From Candidatus Krumholzibacteriia bacterium (GTDB taxonomy: Bacteria > Krumholzibacteriota > Krumholzibacteriia > LZORAL124-64-63), in contig JAWOID010000020.1 of assembly GCA_046484865.1 (NCBI GenBank), positions 1-33,462 on the forward strand: a stretch of DNA of 33,462 nucleotides, given 5' to 3'. Both the position numbers and the translations under genes were made by a program. The notes under the pieces were generated by a model that ran no database searches, was not told the DNA's origin, and was given only the letters and a program-made list of their open reading frames with translations. This document shows, in pieces, positions 8,326 through 16,816 of the stretch. The number at the start of each line of letters is the position of its first letter. Positions within the stretch are counted from its first letter, which is position 1.

Positions 8326-10134
8326 TCAACCCGGTTTGCGATCGCCGCCGAGGCCCGAGTGGGGCAGGACGATGGTGAAGGTGGAGCCGCGGCCAGGCTC
8401 GCTGATCACCTTCACCTCCCCGGCATGGGCCTGGACGATGTGCTTGACGATCGCCAGGCCGAGCCCCGTGCCGCCGAGCTTGCGGCTGCGGGCCTTGTCC
8501 ACCCGGTAGAAGCGTTCGAACAGACGGGGGAGGTGCCTGGCCTCGATCCCCCGCCCCTGGTCGGCGACACCGATGCGGATCTCGCCGTCTTCTTGCTCGG
8601 CCGAGACCTGCACGGTGGCGTCGGGCTCGCTGAACTTGAGTGCGTTCTCCACCAGGTTCACGATCGCCTGCTCCAGCAGCGGCGCGTTCACCAGCGCCGT
8701 CAGTTCCGGTGGGCAGGCCACGGCCACGCGCGCGGGCCTTCCCTCGGTCTCGGCCGTGCACGCGGCCACTGCCGACGCCAGCACGTCCCGCACGCGGGCC
8801 TCGGTGAAGTTGATGGCGGCCTGGTCCGCTTCCTGCTCGATGCGGGAGAGGGTCAGCAGGTCCGAGATGATGGCGTTGAGCCGATCGGCCTGCTTGTGGA
8901 CGATCGTGAGGAAGCGATGCGCGTCTTCGGCATCCTCCGGCGGGTTCTCGAGCAGCGTTTCCACGAAACCCGCGATGCTCGTGATGGGAGTGCGCAGCTC
9001 GTGTGAGACGTTGGCGACGAAGTCTCGCCGCATGTTCTCGAGGCGGCGCAGGCGCGTCACGTCGTTGAGCACGAGCAGCGCCCCCAGTTGACCGCCGTCG
9101 GGGCTTTGCAGGCCGGTGGCGTGCACCTGCAGGTAGGTCTCGTCCTCGCGGCTGATGATGATGTCGCTCTCCACCGGGCCCTCGCCACGCAGTGCCTCCC
9201 GCGCGAGTCCCAGCAGGTCGGGGTTACGGATCACCTCCTGAACGCTGCGTCCGAGGGCCCGCTCCGGCGCGAGGCCCAGCAGGCGGGCGCCGGCGCGGTT
9301 GAGCCGGATGACGGTCTCGTCGGTATCGACCGCCAGCACGCCCTCGACCATGGAGCCGAGGACCGCCTCCAACTCGTTGCGCTGCTTCTCGATCGTGGCG
9401 ATGCGGTCATGGAGCTGGGCCGCCATCTGGTTCATGGCGTCGGCCAGAGCGCCGATCTCTTCGCTGTCCGGTGCGGTGAGGCGCACGTCCAGCCGGCCGC
9501 CGGCAAAGCGCTCCGCGCCTCGTTGCAGACGCCGCAACGGGATGCTGAGGCGGCGGGAGACCAGGAAGCTGACGCCCGCGGCCAGGAGGGCGAGCACCGC
9601 CCCGCCGGCGGCCATTTGCCAGTAGACGCGACGCAGTGCGGCGTCGATCTCCTCGAGCGAAAGGCTGGCGCGCATCACGTAGAGGGGCTCGTCATCCGGC
9701 CCGCGGAGCCCCCCGGGGACGGCCACGTAGAGACGGCTGTGCTGGAGGGTGCGGCTGTAGCGCTCCGAGCGGCCGGCCATCCACGTGAGGGCTGCCTGGA
9801 CCTCGGGCCGGTCGGCGTGGTTGTCCATGGTTCCCGGCCGCTCGTGGGAGTCGGCAGCCACCCGGCCGTCGGACAGGATCACCGTGAAGCGCGTGTCGGT
9901 GACCTGGCCCAGCCGGCGGGTGACCTGCTGGAGGTCCGCGAACCGCTCGCGCAGGACGAGCGTGTCCACCTGCGCGGCGAGCAGACGCGCACGGCCGTCC
10001 AGATCGTCCGCCGCCTCTGCGATCTGATGGTGGCGCAACGCGCGGGACGAGTATCCCGTCACGAGCAGCAGCGTGAGGACGATGATGACGAGGAACGGCG
10101 GAAAGATGTGCCAGAGCAGGCTTCGGCGGTGCAT
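8326..10134 (-). CDS. phoR: Phosphate regulon sensor histidine kinase PhoR (TM-sCache-TM-HAMP-PAS-HisKA-HATPase)
   Basis: 'MDNHADRPEV', H-box 'DFVANVSHELRTPITSI', 'NLVENALKF' and 'RLFERFYRVDKARSRKLGGTGLGLAIVKH'. Lies between phoB and phoU. Confidence 0.93.
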   Translation of the reverse strand: MHRRSLLWHIFPPFLVIIVLTLLLVTGYSSRALRHHQIAEAADDLDGRARLLAAQVDTLVLRERFADLQQVTRRLGQVTDTRFTVILSDGRVAADSHERPGTMDNHADRPEVQAALTWMAGRSERYSRTLQHSRLYVAVPGGLRGPDDEPLYVMRASLSLEEIDAALRRVYWQMAAGGAVLALLAAGVSFLVSRRLSIPLRRLQRGAERFAGGRLDVRLTAPDSEEIGALADAMNQMAAQLHDRIATIEKQRNELEAVLGSMVEGVLAVDTDETVIRLNRAGARLLGLAPERALGRSVQEVIRNPDLLGLAREALRGEGPVESDIIISREDETYLQVHATGLQSPDGGQLGALLVLNDVTRLRRLENMRRDFVANVSHELRTPITSIAGFVETLLENPPEDAEDAHRFLTIVHKQADRLNAIISDLLTLSRIEQEADQAAINFTEARVRDVLASAVAACTAETEGRPARVAVACPPELTALVNAPLLEQAIVNLVENALKFSEPDATVQVSAEQEDGEIRIGVADQGRGIEARHLPRLFERFYRVDKARSRKLGGTGLGLAIVKHIVQAHAGEVKVISEPGRGSTFTIVLPHSGLGGDRKPG

Positions 10135-10138
10135 GGCC

Positions 10139-10825
10139 TCAATCACCCAGCTTGTATCCGACCCCCCGCACGGTCTCGATATGGCGTCCTGCCGGTCCGA
10201 GCTTCTTGCGCAGCGCGGCCATCTGCACGTCCACCGACCGGCCGGTCACCGGGTAGTCTTCGCCGTGAACCGCCCGCACGATCTGGTTGCGCGTGAACAC
10301 CCATCCCGGGCGCGAGGCCAGGAAGTGCAGGATGCGGAACTCCGTGTTCGTGAGTCTTACCTCCTGCTCGTCCACCATCACCTCGTGGCGGCCGGGGTGG
10401 ATCACGATGTCGAACACGCGGAGCACGCCGTCGACGTCCCGGCCGGCGCTCTGCTGGCGCCGGAGCATAGCGCTCACCCGGGCACGGAGGATGCGCGGGC
10501 TGAACGGCTTGGTGACGTAATCGTCGGCTCCGGCCTCGAACCCCGCCACGACGTCTTCTTCCTCTCCCCTGGCGGTGAGGATGATGATGGGCAACGCGGC
10601 GGTCGCCGGCTCCGACTTCAGACGCCGGCACACCTCGAGCCCGCTCAGACCGGGCAGCATCAGATCGAGCACCACCAGATCGGGAGCGTGCTCGCGGGCC
10701 GCCACCAGGCCTTGTTCGCCGGTCTCCGCGCAATCCACCCGGTAGCCGGACTTCACGAGAGTGTACTCCAGGAGTTCCAGGATGTCGGCCTCGTCCTCGA
10801 CCACCAGGATCAACTCGTCGGCCAT
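10139..10825 (-). CDS. phoB: OmpR/PhoB-family response regulator PhoB/PhoP
   Basis: Receiver 'ILVVEDE...LVVLDLMLPG...GADDYVTKPF'; winged-helix C-terminus 'RSVDVQMAALRKKLG...IETVRGVGY'. Phosphate-locus context. Confidence 0.92.
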   Translation of the reverse strand: MADELILVVEDEADILELLEYTLVKSGYRVDCAETGEQGLVAAREHAPDLVVLDLMLPGLSGLEVCRRLKSEPATAALPIIILTARGEEEDVVAGFEAGADDYVTKPFSPRILRARVSAMLRRQQSAGRDVDGVLRVFDIVIHPGRHEVMVDEQEVRLTNTEFRILHFLASRPGWVFTRNQIVRAVHGEDYPVTGRSVDVQMAALRKKLGPAGRHIETVRGVGYKLGD

Positions 10826-10947
10826 GGACTGACCACCTTCCCGCGATGTCCGGAGCCGGCCGGCCGGCACACAGGTGGGGCGCGACCATGTCGGCCGGCA
10901 GTGCTCGCGTGGGCATATGGGATATGACCAAAGCCCCGTCCATGCAA

Positions 10948-10965
10948 GTTAGGATTCGGTTAGGA
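10948..10965 (-). promoter_or_regulatory. Candidate Pho box upstream of phoB
   Basis: GTTAGGA at 10948 and 10959 (11-bp period), i.e. CTAAC half-sites on the minus strand matching those upstream of pstS. Confidence 0.55.
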
Positions 10966-11015
10966 GGTGACCCGCGCTGCTCCAGGGTGCATCTTTGGCG
11001 ACGAGGAGGAGCATC

Positions 11016-12893
11016 ATGGAACGACGTCGTTCGCGCGACTCGATCGGCCCCGTTGCGGCTGCGGTCTGGGTGCTGGCACTCGCGGCCACGGCCGGCGGGG
11101 GGCCGCCCGCAGCAGCCGGCCTGGCAGGGGAGGCGGCACCGGTCGCGGCGCCATCAGTCACCGTGCCCGACTCCCTGATCACGACCTTCGAGGCGTCGGC
11201 CGGCCGGCGGACGCCCACTCACGAGCAGACGGTGGCCTACGCACGGCGGCTCGCGGCGGCCTTCCCCGAACTCACCTACACGACGTTCGGCACCAGCCCG
11301 CACGGGCGCGAATTGCCGCTGATCGTGGCCGATCCTGCGGGGCGGATCGACCCGGCCGCCGTTCGCCGCGACCCGGGACGCGCGGTCGTCCTGATCCAGG
11401 CCTGCATCCATCCCGGCGAGAGCTGCGGCAAGGACGCCGGCTTCCTCCTGCTGCGCGACCTCGCCCTCGCCGGATGGCCCGGCGGCCTGCTCGAGAGCAC
11501 CACCCTGCTCTTCGTCCCCATCGTCAACGCCGACGGGCACGAACGCTTCGGCCCCTACCATCGCGCGAACCAGGACGGGCCGGAGGAGATGGGCTGGCGG
11601 GTGAACGCGCGCAACCTGAACCTCAACCGCGACTTCCTCAAGGCAGACGCCGCCGAGACGCGCGACTGGCTGCGCCTCTGGACCGCCTGGTTGCCCGACT
11701 TCTTCGTCGACATCCATTCCACCGACGGTGCCGACTACCAGTACCCGGTCACCTGGCAGATGGAACTCGAGGGCAACCTCGACGCCGACCTCGCCGCCTG
11801 GAGCGGAGACCTGCTGACCGGCGTGGCGGCGGATCTGGCGGCCGAGGGCATTCCGGTCGGACCGTACATCACCTTCCGTCGCTGGGACGATCCCACCAGC
11901 GGCCTCGTGAGCTGGGTGGCGGGGCCCCGCTTCTCGCAGGGCTATGCGGCCGTGCAGAACCGGCCGGGTCTGCTGCTGGAAGCCCACATGATCAAGCCCT
12001 ACCCCGAACGAGTCCACGCGGTCCGGCGCCTGCTCGAACACGCCTGGCAGCGCACGGCGGCGGTCGCGGCCGACCTGCGTGCCCGGAACCTGGCCGCCGA
12101 CGAACGCACGGCCGCGGAGGCTTTCCGCACGGCCGCGTTCCCGCTGACGTTCGCGCTCAGGGAGGAATCGGAGCCGTTCGAGTACCTCGGGTTCGAGCAC
12201 GAGCACGTCGAGAGCGACGTCACCGGCGGCAGCTACTACCGCTATGATCCGAGCCGCCCGCGCACGTTCGAGGTGCCGTTCTTCCGTCGCCATGCTCCCG
12301 AGACCACCGTCTCGTTGCCGGCAGCCTACCTGGTGCCGCCGGAGTGGGACGACGTGATCGCACGGCTCGAGGCGCACGGACTGGAACTGGTGCGCCTGGC
12401 CGGGCCGGCCGAGGTGCGGGTCCGTAGCTACCGCTTCGTCTCCCCCCGCTGGCGCGAGCAGCCGTACGAGGGCCGTCATCCCGTGAGGTTCGAGGTGGAG
12501 CCCGTCGAGGAGACGCGGACGTTTCCCGCCGGCACGGTGATCGTGGACGTGCGGCAGCGTGCCGCCCGCGTCATCGCTCACGCCCTCGAGCCGCAGGGGC
12601 CCGACTCCTTCGCCGCGTGGGGCTTCTTCGACTCCGTCTTCCTGCCGGTCGAGTACATCGAGCCGCGCGTGATCGAGGCCATGATCCCGTCGCTGCTCGA
12701 GGACGCGGATCTCGCCCGCCGCTTCCACGAGCGTCGCGCAGCCGATCCGGAGTTCGCCGCCGACCCGCGCGCCATCCGCGAGTGGTTCTACCGCCAGACA
12801 CCCTACGCCGACCAGCGCGCCGGACTCTACCCGGTGGGCCTGGTCGACGACCCCGAGGTCGTGCGCGCGCTGGCGGCCGCGCCGCGCCAGTAG
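11016..12893 (+). CDS. Secreted M14-family zinc carboxypeptidase-like protein
   Basis: GAGGAGGAG RBS and a signal peptide. Zn motif 'IHPGE' (HxxE), 'VPIVNADG', 'NLNRDF' and 'FVDIHS'. Confidence 0.9.
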   Translation: MERRRSRDSIGPVAAAVWVLALAATAGGGPPAAAGLAGEAAPVAAPSVTVPDSLITTFEASAGRRTPTHEQTVAYARRLAAAFPELTYTTFGTSPHGRELPLIVADPAGRIDPAAVRRDPGRAVVLIQACIHPGESCGKDAGFLLLRDLALAGWPGGLLESTTLLFVPIVNADGHERFGPYHRANQDGPEEMGWRVNARNLNLNRDFLKADAAETRDWLRLWTAWLPDFFVDIHSTDGADYQYPVTWQMELEGNLDADLAAWSGDLLTGVAADLAAEGIPVGPYITFRRWDDPTSGLVSWVAGPRFSQGYAAVQNRPGLLLEAHMIKPYPERVHAVRRLLEHAWQRTAAVAADLRARNLAADERTAAEAFRTAAFPLTFALREESEPFEYLGFEHEHVESDVTGGSYYRYDPSRPRTFEVPFFRRHAPETTVSLPAAYLVPPEWDDVIARLEAHGLELVRLAGPAEVRVRSYRFVSPRWREQPYEGRHPVRFEVEPVEETRTFPAGTVIVDVRQRAARVIAHALEPQGPDSFAAWGFFDSVFLPVEYIEPRVIEAMIPSLLEDADLARRFHERRAADPEFAADPRAIREWFYRQTPYADQRAGLYPVGLVDDPEVVRALAAAPRQ

Positions 12894-12989
12894 GGCCGCG
12901 CCGGCGCCGGCCCGGGGGCCTTCCGGGGTGGCGTCGGCTCCGGGCCGCCATCCCGAGCAACTCCCTGCGCAGCCTTTCGTTCGAGAGCT

Positions 12990-13027
12990 TTCACCAACAT
13001 TTAACGATCGATTGACCTGGCGCTAAC
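12990..13027 (+). promoter_or_regulatory. Pho box array upstream of pstS (four half-sites)
   Basis: TTCAC (12990), TTAAC (13001), TTGAC (13012) and CTAAC (13023), exactly 11 bp apart, in an AT-richer patch. Confidence 0.8.
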
Positions 13028-13098
13028 AGAGCGCGGCTACCGTGTGTGCGGCCGCGGTTCCGAGCGGCGGTCTCACTCCAGCCAAAGGATTCGGTGCG

Positions 13099-14088
13099 AT
13101 GCGCAAGAACAACCTGATGGTGAAGGTCCTGGCGGTGGTCTCGACCCTCGCGATCATGACGGGCTCCGTCATCGGTGCCGTTCAGGTCGATCCGGCTCTC
13201 CCCGTGTACGCCAAGGTCTCGGGCGTGTCCGGCTCCATCAAGAGCATCGGCTCGGACACCATGAACAACATGATGGCGCTCTGGTCCGAGGGCTTCAAGT
13301 CCATGTACCCGAACGTACGGGTCGAGATCGAGGGCAAGGGCTCCTCGACGGCGCCCCCGGCGTTGATCAGCGGCACCGCGAACTTCGGCCCGATGAGCCG
13401 CGCGATGAAGAGCAAGGAGAAGGACGCCTTCGGCGAGAAGTTCGGCTACGAGCCGACGGAGCTGCGCACGGCCATCGACATGCTCGCGGTCTACGTCCAC
13501 AAGGACAACCCGCTCGAGGGGCTCACGCTGCAGCAGGTGGATGCCATCTTCAGCAAGACCCGCAAGGGCGGCGCCGAGCGGGACATCCGCACCTGGGGCG
13601 CCCTGGGTCTGACCGGCGAGTGGGCGAACAAGCCGATCAGCCTCTACGGGCGCAACGCGGCGTCCGGCACCTACGGCTACTTCAAGGAGCACGCGCTGTT
13701 CAATGGCGACTACAAGGACGAGGTCAAGGAGCAGCCCGGCAGTTCGTCCGTGGTCCAGGGCGTGGCCAGCGACAAGTACGGCATCGGCTACAGCGGCATC
13801 GGCTACAAGACGGCCGACGTCCGCGTGGTGTCCCTGTCGGCGGAGACGGGCGCGGGGAGCTTCGTCGCGGCTGCCCCCGAGAACGCATACAGCGGCGAGT
13901 ACCCGCTGGCCCGGTTCCTCTACCTGGCCGTCAATTCGAAGCCGGGCAGCGAGCTGGACCCGCTGCGCCGCGAGTTCGTCAAGTACGTCTACAGCCAGCA
14001 GGGGCAGCAGGACGTCGTCAAGGACGGTTACCTGCCGGTGACCGCGACGATCGCCCGCGAGGAGATGCAGAAGGTCGGCATCCACTAG
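13099..14088 (+). CDS. pstS: Phosphate ABC transporter substrate-binding protein PstS
   Basis: Signal peptide; 'SIGSDTM', 'EGKGSSTAPPAL', 'GPMSRAMK', 'YGRNAASGTYGYF' and 'YPLARFLY'. Confidence 0.96.
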   Translation: MRKNNLMVKVLAVVSTLAIMTGSVIGAVQVDPALPVYAKVSGVSGSIKSIGSDTMNNMMALWSEGFKSMYPNVRVEIEGKGSSTAPPALISGTANFGPMSRAMKSKEKDAFGEKFGYEPTELRTAIDMLAVYVHKDNPLEGLTLQQVDAIFSKTRKGGAERDIRTWGALGLTGEWANKPISLYGRNAASGTYGYFKEHALFNGDYKDEVKEQPGSSSVVQGVASDKYGIGYSGIGYKTADVRVVSLSAETGAGSFVAAAPENAYSGEYPLARFLYLAVNSKPGSELDPLRREFVKYVYSQQGQQDVVKDGYLPVTATIAREEMQKVGIH

Positions 14089-14111
14089 CCGGCTTCCCGT
14101 CTCGAGGGGAT

Positions 14112-14137
14112 GGGGTGGGGCCGACCGGTCCCGCCCC
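14112..14137 (+). terminator. Intercistronic stem-loop between pstS and pstC (mRNA-stabilising element or partial terminator)
   Basis: GGGGTGGGGCC-GACC-GGTCCCGCCCC forms an 11-bp stem including G-U pairs. Confidence 0.45.
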
Positions 14138-14170
14138 GATCTCCGCTCCTGCCAGGGGGATGTTTCCCGC

Positions 14171-16816
14171 ATGCCGACGGGCCCGCAAAGACCTCACGGC
14201 GATTCCGGCGGCAGGCTCTTCACCGGGCGCAAGCGGCAGCGTCGCCCCCGGCGGACGGTCCTGGTCGTCGACAAGCTTGCCCGGTGGATGATCACGCTGG
14301 GCGGCATCGGCAGCATCGTGGCCGTGTCGCTCGTCGGCCTGTTCCTCGTCTACGTCGCCGTGCCGCTGTTCATCCCCCCCTCGGCGCCGCCGGCCGGCGA
14401 GCTGGCCCGCTCCGGCCTCGATCGCGGCGATCCGATGCACCTCGCCGCCAACGAGCACCTCACGATGTTCTGGAGCTACTACGGCGACGGCACGGTCGTG
14501 CTGCGGCGGCTCGATAGCGGCGAGGTGATCACGGCGCGCGCCGTGAGCGACAGCCTGGTTCCCACCGCCTGGAGCTTCTCCATCGAGGGCAGCGAGGTCA
14601 TCTTCGGGTTCGTCGACGGCACGGTGCGTCTGGCGCGCATCGACTTCGCCACCGAGTTCCTCCCGCCGGAGGAGGCTCCCCCCGAGCTGCTCGAGCTGCC
14701 CGCGGGCACCATGGCGCCGCTCGGCGACGGCATGGTGGAGCGCACCGGCGCCGATCAGTATCGGCTGCAGCGGCTCGAGATCGAACTGGACGAGGCGCGG
14801 CGCCTGAGCGACCTGCCCATCGTGGCGGTGGACCGCAGCCAGGGGACCGGTGGTCCACGGTTCGTGGCGCTGGACGCCGGTGGCACGCTCCACGTCCGCG
14901 AGGTACGCGAGCGGCGGAACCTGCTCACGGGCGAGGTCGCCGCGCAGCTCTCGGGCGGCGAGCTGCCGCTGGCGGACCAGGGCATGCTGCGGGTCGATCC
15001 CGAAGGCGAGCTGATCCTGCCCACCCACCTTTTGCTGACCGGTATCGGCGACAGCGCCGTGCTCGGGTGGCCGAGCGGGCGCGCCGTGCGCGTGCTCACC
15101 CGCGACGTCACCGCCCCCCTCGTGGCCGAGGAGCTGGACCTGGTCCCGGAGAAGGGTGTCCGGCTCACCGCCCTCGCCTTCCAGCTCGGCGAGGCCTCGC
15201 TCGTCTCCGGAGACGAGCTGGGACGCGTCCGCGTCTGGTTCCGGACGAACCCGGAGGGCGTCGACACACCGGATGGCACGATGCTGGCGCTGGCGCACGA
15301 GCTGCCTCCCGGCCCGGCGCGGGTCACCAGCCTGAACGCTTCTGCGCGCACCCGCATGATCGTGGCCGGCTTCGCGGATGGACGGGTGGATCTCAGCTAC
15401 ATCACCAGCGATCGGCGCCTGGCGCAGGTCACGGTGGCGGAGGACCAGCCAGTGGCGGCGGTCGCGCTCGCACCGCGGGACGATCACCTGCTGGCCGCGA
15501 GCGGCGAGGTGGTGGCGCTCTGGAAGGTGGACGCCCCGCACCCGGAGACGAACTTGCAGGCGCTCCTGGGACGGGTCTGGTACGAGGGCTACAACGAGCC
15601 TGCATTCGTCTGGCAGTCGAGCGCCGGCACCGACAGCTTCGAGCCGAAGTACAGCCTCGTGCCGCTGATCTTCGGCACGCTCAAGGCCACGTTCTACTCC
15701 ATGCTGTTCGGCCTGCCGCTGGCGCTGGCGGCCGCGATCTACACGAGCGAGTTCCTCCACCCGCGCACGAAGTCGCGTGTGAAGCCCTCGATCGAGATGA
15801 TGGCCAGCCTGCCGAGCGTCGTGCTGGGGTTCCTCGCCGCGCTGGTCTTCGCCCCGTTCGTGGAGGGGGTGGTGCCCGAGACGCTGTTGGCGTTCGCCAC
15901 GGTGCCGTTCGCGTTCCTGCTCGGTGCGCACCTCTGGCAACTGGTCCCGCGCGAACGCCAGCTGCGCCTGGGCCGCTGGAAGCTGGTCTTCATGTTCCTG
16001 ATGCTGCCGGTGGGGATCTGGCTGGCCGACGTGCTCGGCCCGGCGGTGGAGAAGGCGCTCTTCGCCGGCGACATCATGGCCTGGCTCGACGGACAGGTCG
16101 GCAGCGGGACCGGCGGCTGGATGTTCCTGCTGCTGCCCGCGAGCGCGCTGGCGGTGGGCATGGCGAACGCGCGATTCGTCAACCAGTGGATGCGGTCGAA
16201 CCGCAACGACTGGTCCCGCCAGCAGTTCGCCCTCTTCGACGTGGCCCGGTTTCTCGCCTCCGCCATCGCCGTGATCGTGGCGGCCCTGGCGGTCTCGTGG
16301 CTGCTGGACTCGGCCGGTTGGGACCCACGCGGTTCCTACGTCGGCACCTACGTGCAGCGTAACGCGCTGATCGTGGGGTTCGTGATGGGCTTCGCGATCA
16401 TCCCGATCATCTACACGATCAGCGAGGATGCCCTCACCGCCGTCCCTGACCACCTGCGGGCGGCGTCGCTCGGCGCGGGCGCCACGCCGTGGCAGACAGC
16501 CGTGCGGGTGATCATCCCCCCGGCGATGAGCGGCCTGTTCTCCGCCACCATGATCGGGCTCGGCCGGGCGGTGGGCGAAACGATGATCGTGCTCATGGCC
16601 GCCGGCAACACGCCGGTCCTGGACTGGAACGTGTTCAACGGGTTCCGGACCCTGTCGGCCAACATCGCGGTGGAGCTGCCGGAAGCGGTGCAGAACAGCA
16701 CCCACTACCGCACCCTCTTCCTGGCCGCGCTCACGCTGTTCCTGATGACCTTCGCCCTGAACACCGTGGCGGAGGCGATCCGCATCCGGTTCCGTAAGAA
16801 GGCGTTCGAGCTATGA
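14171..16816 (+). CDS. pstC: Phosphate ABC transporter permease PstC, long form with a large extracytoplasmic beta-rich domain
   Basis: 'VWYEGY..P.FVWQSS...FEPKYSLVPLIFGTLKA', 'IEMMASLPSVVLG' and EAA-loop region 'SEDALTAVP...GLGRAVGETMIVLMA'. Confidence 0.93.
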   Translation: MPTGPQRPHGDSGGRLFTGRKRQRRPRRTVLVVDKLARWMITLGGIGSIVAVSLVGLFLVYVAVPLFIPPSAPPAGELARSGLDRGDPMHLAANEHLTMFWSYYGDGTVVLRRLDSGEVITARAVSDSLVPTAWSFSIEGSEVIFGFVDGTVRLARIDFATEFLPPEEAPPELLELPAGTMAPLGDGMVERTGADQYRLQRLEIELDEARRLSDLPIVAVDRSQGTGGPRFVALDAGGTLHVREVRERRNLLTGEVAAQLSGGELPLADQGMLRVDPEGELILPTHLLLTGIGDSAVLGWPSGRAVRVLTRDVTAPLVAEELDLVPEKGVRLTALAFQLGEASLVSGDELGRVRVWFRTNPEGVDTPDGTMLALAHELPPGPARVTSLNASARTRMIVAGFADGRVDLSYITSDRRLAQVTVAEDQPVAAVALAPRDDHLLAASGEVVALWKVDAPHPETNLQALLGRVWYEGYNEPAFVWQSSAGTDSFEPKYSLVPLIFGTLKATFYSMLFGLPLALAAAIYTSEFLHPRTKSRVKPSIEMMASLPSVVLGFLAALVFAPFVEGVVPETLLAFATVPFAFLLGAHLWQLVPRERQLRLGRWKLVFMFLMLPVGIWLADVLGPAVEKALFAGDIMAWLDGQVGSGTGGWMFLLLPASALAVGMANARFVNQWMRSNRNDWSRQQFALFDVARFLASAIAVIVAALAVSWLLDSAGWDPRGSYVGTYVQRNALIVGFVMGFAIIPIIYTISEDALTAVPDHLRAASLGAGATPWQTAVRVIIPPAMSGLFSATMIGLGRAVGETMIVLMAAGNTPVLDWNVFNGFRTLSANIAVELPEAVQNSTHYRTLFLAALTLFLMTFALNTVAEAIRIRFRKKAFEL

